A DNA stretch of 64,000 nucleotides, from contig PQAJ01000177.1 of assembly GCA_003105185.1 (NCBI GenBank), positions 14,848 through 78,847 of the forward strand. The letters are read 5' to 3'. Below are positions 43,902 to 51,191 of the stretch, piece by piece; the stretch's first letter is position 1, and each line of letters begins with the position of its first letter. The DNA is from Holophagae bacterium (GTDB taxonomy: Bacteria; Acidobacteriota; Thermoanaerobaculia; Thermoanaerobaculales; Sulfomarinibacteraceae). The position numbers and the translations under genes are program-made. The notes below the pieces were generated by a model. The model had not been told where the DNA came from. It did not search any database and saw only the letters and a list, made by a program, of their open reading frames with translations.

Positions 43902-44462
43902 CTACTGCACCCGTTCGATGTAGGCCCCGCTGTCGGTGTTGACGCGGATCTTCGTGCCTTCTTCGATGAAGAGCGGGACCTGGACGACAAGGCCGGTTTC
44001 GACGGTTGCGGGCTTCGTGCCGCCCGTTGCGGTGTCACCCTTGAAGCCGGGGTCGGTCACGGTGACAGTGAGTTCGACTGAGATGGGCATCTCGACGCCG
44101 ATGACTTCGTCGCCGTAGAGGACGACCTCGCAGGTGTCGTTCTCCTTCAGGTACTTATTCGCGTCGCCCACCTTCTCGGCGCCCACGGGGATCTGCTCGA
44201 AGGTTTCCGTGTTCATGAAGTAGTAGAACTGGTCGTCGGAATAGAGGTATTGCATCTCGCGGCGCTCGACGCGGGCCCGGTTGAACTTGGTCCCGGCCTG
44301 GAAGGTCTGCTCGATGATCGAGCCGGAACGCACGTCGCGGAACTTGATTTTGACCTGGGCCGAGCCGCGGCCCGTCTTGATGTGGGAATAGTCCATGATC
44401 GAGTAGAGCTTTCCATCGAGTTCGATGGTGGCGCCCTTCTTCAGTTCGCCGGTGGAAATCAC
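43902..44462 (-). CDS. efp: translation elongation factor P
   Basis: 186 aa starting MISTGELKKGATIELDGKLYSIMDYSHIKTGRGSAQVKIKFRD, with three OB/KOW-like domains. Confidence 0.95.
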   Translation of the reverse strand: MISTGELKKGATIELDGKLYSIMDYSHIKTGRGSAQVKIKFRDVRSGSIIEQTFQAGTKFNRARVERREMQYLYSDDQFYYFMNTETFEQIPVGAEKVGDANKYLKENDTCEVVLYGDEVIGVEMPISVELTVTVTDPGFKGDTATGGTKPATVETGLVVQVPLFIEEGTKIRVNTDSGAYIERVQ

Positions 44463-44465
44463 GAG

Positions 44466-45608
44466 TCACACTCCTGCGGGTGTCAGTTTTCGCGCATGGC
44501 TGAGCACGCGGGCCCGGCCGTTTTCGAGGACCACGATGTCTTCGATCCTCACGCCGCCCCATCCGGGCAGATAGATGCCGGGCTCAATGGTAAACACCAT
44601 TCCCTCTTCCAAGACATCTTCGGACGATGTTCCAAGGTACGGGTCTTCGTGGACATCGAGCCCGACCCCGTGCCCCAGGCCGTGCCCGAAGCGATCGCCG
44701 TAGCCCGCCGCGGCGATTACGTCCTGTGCGAGCAGGTGTGCGTCCGAGGCCTTCATGCCGGCTTCGATACCTGCGATCGCCGCCTGCTGGGCCTCGAAGA
44801 CGATGCCGTAAACCTCGCGGAACTTCGCATCCGGCTGACCGATGACAACCGTGCGCGTGAGGTCGCTGCAGTACCCCTCGTAGCGCGCGCCCATGTCGAT
44901 GACCACCGGCCGATCGGTGCCCAGCCGCTCCGCGCGGGGGCTCGCATGTGGCATGGCGCTCCACGGCCCCCCGGCGACGATCGTCGGGAACGAGATGTCT
45001 TCACCGCCCGCCGCCTTCACGTTCGCGGCGAAGACCTCGGCGGCTTCGAGTTCGGTCATCTCCGGAGTGAGCGCAGTCTCCAGCCGTTCGAAGGCGTCAT
45101 CGGAGATGTGGATCGCGCGCTGGAGGAGGGCGAGCTCCTCCGGGTCTTTCTGCCGGCGGAGTTTCTCGATGATGCCCTTGGCCGGGACGAACTCGGGGCG
45201 GTCTGGTCCGGGCAGTGGCTCCAGGTAGTCGAGCATCGAAAGGTAACCCGCGTAGGAGAGGTCCCGCGTGGAGACTCCGACGCGTTTCCCGGCGAGGTCC
45301 GCTTCCCCGATGAGCTTCGGGAACCACTCCTTGCGCGCGCCGAGGGCAGGAAAGACTTCGAAGCCGCGGGGACCGCACTCGCGTTCGGCCTGTTCGATGT
45401 AGCGAAAGTCGGCGGCGAAGATGGCCCGGTCGCGGGTGACCAGCACCTGGCCTGTCGAGCCGGTGAAGCCGCTGATGTACCGGCGCGTGGCGGCGCCCAG
45501 CTCCTCTTCGCCGGGCGCGGAGACGAGGAGCGCGTCGAGGTTGCGCTCCTGGAGCTCGATGCGGATCCGGGTGAGGCGGTCGGTCATGGCGGCTCCCGCC
45601 GGTGTCAC
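44466..45608 (-). CDS. pepP: Xaa-Pro aminopeptidase (M24B family)
   Basis: It has the M24 metal-ligand contexts ([47 protein letters not shown]). The GTG at 45608 forms a GTGA overlap with the aroQ stop, and an alternative ATG lies at 45587. Confidence 0.88.
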   Translation of the reverse strand: MTPAGAAMTDRLTRIRIELQERNLDALLVSAPGEEELGAATRRYISGFTGSTGQVLVTRDRAIFAADFRYIEQAERECGPRGFEVFPALGARKEWFPKLIGEADLAGKRVGVSTRDLSYAGYLSMLDYLEPLPGPDRPEFVPAKGIIEKLRRQKDPEELALLQRAIHISDDAFERLETALTPEMTELEAAEVFAANVKAAGGEDISFPTIVAGGPWSAMPHASPRAERLGTDRPVVIDMGARYEGYCSDLTRTVVIGQPDAKFREVYGIVFEAQQAAIAGIEAGMKASDAHLLAQDVIAAAGYGDRFGHGLGHGVGLDVHEDPYLGTSSEDVLEEGMVFTIEPGIYLPGWGGVRIEDIVVLENGRARVLSHARKLTPAGV

Positions 45609-46051
45609 GCCCCGGCCCGCGCCTCCAGGTGGTCGACGAGGAGGTTGGTCGCGACAGTGTAGCCAGCGCGACCCAGCCCGGTCACCTGCCCGAGGCAGAC
45701 CGGGGCGATGAAGGAGCGGTGGCGGAAGCCTTCCCGCGCGTGGGTGTTCGAGATGTGGACCTCGACGACCGGGAGCTGGACAGCCTCGATCGCGTCGCGG
45801 AGCGCTACCGACGTGTGGGTGTAGGCCCCGGCGTTGATGACGACGCCATCGGCCAGCTTGCGGTGCTCGTGGAGGAAATCGATGAGCGAGCCCTCGTGGT
45901 TGCTCTGGTAGCAGAGGACGGCCGCCCCCCGCGCTCCCGCCGCGGCTGCAACGTCGGCCTCAATGTCGAGCAGCGTGGTCGTGCCGTAGACAGCCGGGTT
46001 GCGCTCGCCGAGGAGGTTCAGGTTCGGCCCGTGGACGAGGAGCAGGTTCAC
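45605..46051 (-). CDS. aroQ: type II 3-dehydroquinate dehydratase
   Basis: GTG at 46051 gives [48 protein letters not shown] and [12 protein letters not shown] are present. An upstream GTG at 46105 would add 18 aa encoded by the heptamer array. Confidence 0.9.
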   Translation of the reverse strand: MNLLLVHGPNLNLLGERNPAVYGTTTLLDIEADVAAAAGARGAAVLCYQSNHEGSLIDFLHEHRKLADGVVINAGAYTHTSVALRDAIEAVQLPVVEVHISNTHAREGFRHRSFIAPVCLGQVTGLGRAGYTVATNLLVDHLEARAGA

Positions 46052-46056
46052 GGGTG

Positions 46057-46094
46057 AATTGTCGATTGTCGATTGGCGGTTGTCGATTGGGTGG
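46057..46094. repeat. heptamer tandem array (f), ATTGTCG (= AATCGAC on minus) type
   Basis: aattgtcg attgtcg attgGcg Gttgtcg attgGGtgg. It ends 5 nt from the aroQ GTG and is homologous to array (a). Confidence 0.85.
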
Positions 46095-46189
46095 TAGCGC
46101 GGCACCGGTTAACACGGAGGCCGGGAGACAGGAAGAATTGGAAGAAACACTGCCCGCACTGTGGAGGCCCTCTCCGGTAGACTTTGGCC

Positions 46190-46342
46190 ATGAGATGGCT
46201 GCCATCACAGTGGTTACGTTGGCATCGGCGCCGGCGACTGCGAGATCAGGAACTTCGCCGCTACGATGCCACCATGGCCCGGTTGGAAGGCAAGGTGCGG
46301 ATCGGCCGCAAGCTCTCTCGCGACGAAATGAATGAGCGCTGA
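46190..46342 (+). CDS. possible small basic protein (50 aa)
   Basis: Read by hand; it is below the ORF-track size cutoff. MRWLPSQWLRWHRRRRLRDQELRRYDATMARLEGKVRIGRKLSRDEMNER. It fills the aroQ-xerC spacer. I recognise no family. Confidence 0.2.
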   Translation: MRWLPSQWLRWHRRRRLRDQELRRYDATMARLEGKVRIGRKLSRDEMNER

Positions 46343-46400
46343 GGCCTGCGCGACAGACTCACCACTCTGATTCCCGCCCTCGCGCCTCCTTTTTCCGGGC

Positions 46401-47378
46401 TCAGGCGGAGCGTGAGCGCTTTCGGCGGGGGCCCTCGAGTGCCTGTTCCGCGACCTTCTCCCAGGCGGCAGCGCTGACCTGGGCCTGGCGGGCCTGCGAG
46501 ACGTGCGTGTAGATCTGAGTCGTATTGGCCGAGGAGTGACCGAGGAGGTCCTGGACGATCCGCAGGTCGGCACCGCCATCGAGCAGGTGAGTCGCGAACG
46601 AGTGGCGGAGGAGGTGGGGATGGACGTCCGCGGCGATCCCGGCGGCGACCGCGTGCCGCTTGATGAGCGTCTGGACCGAGCGCGCGGTCAGGCGGCCGCC
46701 GAAGCGGTTGAGGAAGAGGGGATTTCCGATTTCCGGTTTCCGATTTCCGATTTCCGATCGGAGGGCCGGGCGGGCGGATTCCAGGTAGGTTTCGAGCGCG
46801 CGCATGGCGGGTTCGCCGAAGAGGACGAGGCGCTCCTTCGATCCCTTCCCGTGGATGATGGCAGACCCGTCGGCGAGGCTGACCTGGCTCAGATCAAGCG
46901 AGACGAGCTCGGAGATGCGCAGGCCGCCCCCGTAGAGGAGCTCGAACATGGCCCGGTCGCGGAGGCCCTGTGGGGTTGAGGGGTCGGGGGAGGCGAGGAG
47001 CGCATCGAGGAGGGCCGGGTCGAGCACTTTCGGCAGCCGCTTCGGGCGCTTCGGCAGGGCGACGCCGTAGAGGAGGTCGCGCTCGGTGGCGCCCTCGCGG
47101 TGGAGGTACTTGTAGAAGCCGTGGACGGTGCTGGTCCGGCGTGTGATCGAGGCGGCGACCATGCCGGATTCCTTCAGCTGGGTGAGGTACTCGCGGAAAA
47201 CCTGGCGCGTCGTCCGGAGGGGTTCCTGGCCCTGGTCGCCGCACCAGGCGAGAAAGCTGCCGATATCGGTGCGGTAGTTGCGGATGGTATAGGGCGAGCG
47301 CCCGCCGACAGCGCCGAGCTCGCGCAGGTAGGCTTCGAGAAAGGCTTCGGCGGATTTGTGGTGCGCCGGGCTTGGCAT
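46401..47378 (-). CDS. xerC: site-specific tyrosine recombinase XerC/XerD family
   Basis: 325 aa with an N-terminal SAM-like core-binding domain and catalytic residues in context (GLRISELVSL, HGKGSKERLV, HLLRHSFATHLL, LLGHSSANTTQIYTHV). Confidence 0.88.
   Translation of the reverse strand: MPSPAHHKSAEAFLEAYLRELGAVGGRSPYTIRNYRTDIGSFLAWCGDQGQEPLRTTRQVFREYLTQLKESGMVAASITRRTSTVHGFYKYLHREGATERDLLYGVALPKRPKRLPKVLDPALLDALLASPDPSTPQGLRDRAMFELLYGGGLRISELVSLDLSQVSLADGSAIIHGKGSKERLVLFGEPAMRALETYLESARPALRSEIGNRKPEIGNPLFLNRFGGRLTARSVQTLIKRHAVAAGIAADVHPHLLRHSFATHLLDGGADLRIVQDLLGHSSANTTQIYTHVSQARQAQVSAAAWEKVAEQALEGPRRKRSRSA
46722..46763. repeat. heptamer tandem array (g), ATTTCCG type, inside the xerC coding sequence
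   Basis: atttccg atttccg Gtttccg atttccg atttccg atcggag (42 bp). It is translated on the minus strand as SEIGNRKPEIGN within xerC. Confidence 0.85.
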
Positions 47379-47447
47379 AACGCGAGTATGGACTGTTAAG
47401 GGAGAAGGCGCGAGAGGAACGGAACGTGAGATGTCCCGGCGGATGGG

Positions 47448-48161
47448 CTACGGCGTGCACGTGAAGGGCGCATCCCAGGCGTTGGTGGCCTTGTCGTCGG
47501 CGTCGATCAGGATGACCTGGTAGCCGAACTGGACCGTGTGTGTGAACCCGAAGCACCAGACGGACTCGGGGAACACCAGGGGGTTGGCGGAGGTGTTGAA
47601 GGTCATGATCGGGTCGGTGCAGTTGGTATCCGGAGGGCAGCTGTACATCTGGTAGACCATCGTCACCGGGAACCTGGGCCGGCCGCTCCAGGAGACGCTG
47701 AGCGAACCTTTCGCGCCGCCAGCGACGACCGACGATGGGTAGTTCACGCCCGTAATCCGGAAGGGCGCGGGAGTCGGCGTTGCCGTCGGTTGGGGGGTTG
47801 TGGTCGGCGTTGCCGTTGCGGGGGCTGTGGTCGCTGTCGGCGGCGGAGGCGTTGCCGTTGCGGGCGGTTTCGTCGGGGTCGCGGTCGGTGGAGGGTTCGT
47901 GGGGCTCGGGGCCCTCGTGGGGGTTGGTGCGGCTGTGGTGGCCGTGGCAACAGCCGGCGAGGCTGATTGGGCGGCCCGGGTCGCTGTCGCCTGAGCTGTG
48001 AGGGACGGTGCCGCGGTGGGCGTTGCGGCCGGTGTTGGCGAATCTGGGGCCGGCGTCGGTGTGGGGGCCGGATCGGAGCCGCCGCAGGTTGCCGCGACGG
48101 CCAGCGAGACCCAGGAAATCAGCCCGGCAGCGGTCAGAATCACGGACTTCCGGACGGCCAT
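47448..48161 (-). CDS. lipoprotein with ~130 aa Pro/Thr/Ala-rich linker and Cys-containing C-terminal domain
   Basis: Lipobox-like VSLAVAATCGGS, a long PT-rich tract, and a ~100 aa C-terminal domain (FRITGVNYPSS...YSCPPDTNCTDP...WCFGF...FTCTP). Confidence 0.5.
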   Translation of the reverse strand: MAVRKSVILTAAGLISWVSLAVAATCGGSDPAPTPTPAPDSPTPAATPTAAPSLTAQATATRAAQSASPAVATATTAAPTPTRAPSPTNPPPTATPTKPPATATPPPPTATTAPATATPTTTPQPTATPTPAPFRITGVNYPSSVVAGGAKGSLSVSWSGRPRFPVTMVYQMYSCPPDTNCTDPIMTFNTSANPLVFPESVWCFGFTHTVQFGYQVILIDADDKATNAWDAPFTCTP

Positions 48162-48288
48162 CTCACTAACCTTGCACCGGTGGGAGCCGGTGGGCGCAAG
48201 CTACATCGACGGTATGCGGTTTGTCGATGGCAATTTTTGCCTGGAACCCGAGAAAACCGGGCGCTGGGCCGGCACGTGCCGACGAGAA

Positions 48289-48843
48289 CTACCGTCTGTA
48301 GAGCGACCTGAACAGGCGCGCCACTTCATCCGGTGGCGGCGGGTTCGGGCCCCAGAACGAGACAAAGAAGTGCGGGGACCCTGCGACCGTCCAGTACTGC
48401 GTGCGCTCGTCGGACCAGGCGGAGTCGATCGTCACGCCCTCGATACCCGCGTCGAACTGGACCAGCCGGACGGTGGGGCCGACGGGTTGCTGTCCCTGGG
48501 CGATGGTGAGCGGCGTTTCGCGGCCCTCCGTGTCGGCGTAGCCGATGACCACGCGGTGGTCGCGCGCGCTCCGGAGTTCGTCGTCGACCCAAACCGCGTC
48601 GACGTACTCAGGCCGGTAGCCGCCCGGGAGGCTTTGGGGGCGGACGAGTTCATAGCCGACTTCGGCCTCCGCGCGCCGGATGGCCTCGCCGAGCGAGACC
48701 GTCGCCACGGCCGCCCCGTCCACCCGGAACTCGACCTTCGGGTCGTCACCTTTTCCGATGAATGCCCACAACGCTACGGCCGCAACGACGAGTGGAGGGG
48801 CCAGCCAGAGCGCCAGCCGGCCCCAGGAAGGTTGTCTCAGCAT
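48289..48843 (-). CDS. membrane-anchored hypothetical protein
   Basis: 184 aa with an N-terminal TM helix (LALWLAPPLVVAAVALWAFI) and an extracytoplasmic domain. Its start is coupled (TGATG) to the upstream gene. Confidence 0.45.
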   Translation of the reverse strand: MLRQPSWGRLALWLAPPLVVAAVALWAFIGKGDDPKVEFRVDGAAVATVSLGEAIRRAEAEVGYELVRPQSLPGGYRPEYVDAVWVDDELRSARDHRVVIGYADTEGRETPLTIAQGQQPVGPTVRLVQFDAGIEGVTIDSAWSDERTQYWTVAGSPHFFVSFWGPNPPPPDEVARLFRSLYRR

Positions 48844-49745
48844 CAGTTGGCAGAAGCCAGCGAGATGGTGGCCTCCGCGGGCAATCGCGGGTCGGCGAGG
48901 CGTGCTGGCGTAGCCGTGCCGGGCTGCGCGGGAAGCACGCCGAGGCGAAGCGTGAGCGCCGGGTCCGTGGGGACGTCCTTACCGGCGAAGACGAGTTCGA
49001 ACCGTTCGTACTTCTCGCCGAAGCCGCCGCGGAAGGAGTAGACGCGAAGCTCGTTGCCGGGCACCGCGAGCGAACTACCGATCAGTTCCATTGCCTGGAG
49101 CTCCTCGGTCGAGAAGCCCGCGAAGTGGCCCGTTATCTCGACGCCTGAAGCATCGCGGACGACGCGGTCGATGACAGCGACCCCGGGTCCGAGAGCCACT
49201 TCCAGCCCCGCCGACCTGGCGGTCTCGGCGGCGTACGGCGCGTCGATGCTGATGGGCAGGTCCAGCATCGCGGTCCTGCCGGGCGTGCCCGCGTCCATCT
49301 GTCCGGCTTCGCGTGAGAGGCTGAGCTCGAGCCGCGCCTCGCCGCCGGTGCTCCCGGGGAAGAGGAGGGTGAGCCGGTCGACGCCGGTCTCCTGCCCGCG
49401 AGCCTCCACGGCGCGGCCGTCGGCCAGCACCAGGCGCGGTCGGCTTGCAGTGCGAATGGGCAGTGTGCGTTCGTCTCCGATTGCGCCCACCCTCAGTTCG
49501 ATGCGCGTTTCGATGGCCGTGCTGACGGCGCTGGCCACTGCGATGTCGGCGCTCACGGCGGCGGGTGGAAGGGAAAACGATGGCGGTGGGGTGCCCGACT
49601 CATCCCCGGCACGGACGGTGATCCACGCCACGACGAGCGCGGCGATGCCCACGTTGAGCGCCAGCCAGAGGCGCCAGCGAAGGCTCGCCGGTGCGGGCAG
49701 GTGCCCTACGTGTCCGAGAATACTTGCAACGCTTGGCCGCTCCAT
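48843..49745 (-). CDS. membrane-anchored hypothetical protein
   Basis: 300 aa with an N-terminal TM helix (WRLWLALNVGIAALVVAWITV) and a beta-rich extracytoplasmic region. I recognise no family. Confidence 0.45.
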   Translation of the reverse strand: MERPSVASILGHVGHLPAPASLRWRLWLALNVGIAALVVAWITVRAGDESGTPPPSFSLPPAAVSADIAVASAVSTAIETRIELRVGAIGDERTLPIRTASRPRLVLADGRAVEARGQETGVDRLTLLFPGSTGGEARLELSLSREAGQMDAGTPGRTAMLDLPISIDAPYAAETARSAGLEVALGPGVAVIDRVVRDASGVEITGHFAGFSTEELQAMELIGSSLAVPGNELRVYSFRGGFGEKYERFELVFAGKDVPTDPALTLRLGVLPAQPGTATPARLADPRLPAEATISLASAN

Positions 49746-49963
49746 GCGGTCAGGATATGCGCCAGAGGAGGGGTGTCAATCTGTTGCATGGATGTCTTGA
49801 CCGAACTCGGCTAGACTCGGGCCTGCCAGCTCCAGCGGGCAAGCAGCCGGGGACCGCTACCAGAATGCGCACCGGTCTCCCCATGGACTCAAAACCCGCC
49901 CGGCGTCGGATCTATCAAGCAACGGGGATGACATCGTTGACGAAACACGTATAGTTCTCAACT

Positions 49964-50554
49964 ATGCACGGCAGGGCAATCGTCCTAACGCTGGCCGCGT
50001 CGCTCCTCCTCGCCGTCCTTGTGACGCCGAACGCCACGGCCAAAGGCGGCTACCAGATCGAAGGGGCCGGAGTCTCTGGCGGCCGGCTCGGGTCTCAAGT
50101 CGTTAACGTCGCAATCGTTCTACCCGAGGGCTACGACGAGATGTACGAGCGGCAACCGCCAGTCATTGAGTCCATGTCAAGCTACGAATCCGGCGGTTAC
50201 CATATCGAGCTGCGTTACGACTTCCAGGATTCCGGACACGGGCACCTCACTTGGCTGGGCTTCTACGATGGCCAAGACGTCCTGTTCTTCAGCGCAGATA
50301 TGCGCGTGGGCAACGGTGTTTGGTCCGCGGGTTGGTACACGGCGAGCCCGCTCCTCGCCACCGCCCTCCAATCCGGGCTCGACCCGCTACCGCCGGCAGC
50401 GGGGACCGGATCGCGGGATGATGGATCTGTTGGAATAGAGTCGCTTGGTGCGCGGCCGCGCCTGATAGGCGCGGCTGCGGTGAGCGCGATTGCGATGGTT
50501 GCGGGTGCAGCGGGAGTTGTGTCCTGCCGCCGCTCGCGCGAGAAGAGGATCTAA
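49964..50554 (+). CDS. secreted hypothetical protein with C-terminal membrane anchor
   Basis: 196 aa with a signal peptide (IVLTLAASLLLAVLVTPNATA) and a C-terminal hydrophobic segment followed by CRRSREKRI. GC is lower than in the surroundings. Confidence 0.45.
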   Translation: MHGRAIVLTLAASLLLAVLVTPNATAKGGYQIEGAGVSGGRLGSQVVNVAIVLPEGYDEMYERQPPVIESMSSYESGGYHIELRYDFQDSGHGHLTWLGFYDGQDVLFFSADMRVGNGVWSAGWYTASPLLATALQSGLDPLPPAAGTGSRDDGSVGIESLGARPRLIGAAAVSAIAMVAGAAGVVSCRRSREKRI

Positions 50555-50645
50555 CAGACTACCTTTGGAGGGCTGGTGCCGGAGGTAGTAACCAGCGACT
50601 GACCGGGCGCGCGAGTCGGGCAACCTGCCTGGCAGATGCGGAGTA

Positions 50646-50903
50646 ATGCGACGACACTCCAGTACCGGCCTGGGCGAGTTACGAGATGTGCGGCCAGAGG
50701 AAGCGATCCGTGCGTTCATTCGCGCGGGGGGTATCATGCGGGCCGGAAAGGGCTCCCACGTGAATATCCAGATGCCGAACGGTCAGAGCGTGACACTCGT
50801 CAGGTCGCGCGCAGACGTGAAAATTGGGCTGCTGAAGGATATGCTGAAGCGAGCGGGAATCTCGCAAGAGGAGTTCCTGCGTCATCTCGGGAGACGTCGC
50901 TGA
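50646..50903 (+). CDS. hicA: type II toxin HicA (mRNA interferase) family
   Basis: RPEEAIRAFIRAGGIMRAGKGSHVNIQMPNGQSVTLV...IGLLKDMLKRAGIS matches the HicA dsRBD-like pattern with the catalytic His context GSH. Confidence 0.7.
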   Translation: MRRHSSTGLGELRDVRPEEAIRAFIRAGGIMRAGKGSHVNIQMPNGQSVTLVRSRADVKIGLLKDMLKRAGISQEEFLRHLGRRR

Positions 50904-51133
50904 TGGACTACGCCGTGGTCATCCACAAAGCAGAAGAGGGCGGGTACTGGGCAGAAGTGCCGGCGTTACCCGGGTGCTACACGCAGGGCGAGACAATCGA
51001 GGAGACACTGACCAACGTCGTCGAGGCCATCGAACTTCATATCGAAGTGATGCGCCAAGAAGGCATGCCGTTGCCTGACTCGGATGCTGTGCGGATCGAG
51101 TCAGTGACGGTCAATGTGCCAACCGCGGCGTAG
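50903..51133 (+). CDS. hicB: type II antitoxin HicB (UPF0150) family
   Basis: The ATG at 50903 overlaps the hicA TGA. MDYAVVIHKAEEGGYWAEVPALPGCYTQGETIEETLTNVVEAIELHI. Confidence 0.75.
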   Translation: MDYAVVIHKAEEGGYWAEVPALPGCYTQGETIEETLTNVVEAIELHIEVMRQEGMPLPDSDAVRIESVTVNVPTAA

Positions 51134-51191
51134 ACCCGAGAAGGACCACCGTGCGGATGTCTGCCTGCCGTGGCGGTCGGTGGGCTGACCC

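Noticed and set aside
12641-46763. Whether the short tandem arrays could be CRISPR arrays.
   Set aside because: The units are 7 nt and directly abutting, with no spacers, at most 6 copies and no cas genes. They are not CRISPR.
46401-47378. Tyrosine recombinase as a phage or ICE integrase marking a mobile element.
   Set aside because: It has full XerC/XerD-type architecture and motifs and sits among housekeeping genes. No att-like repeats or phage genes are visible.
48180-48205. Short direct repeat ccggtgggagccggtgggcgc upstream of the PT-linker lipoprotein gene.
   Set aside because: It is a single 9-10-nt duplication in GC-rich DNA, with no further copies seen. This is within chance expectation.
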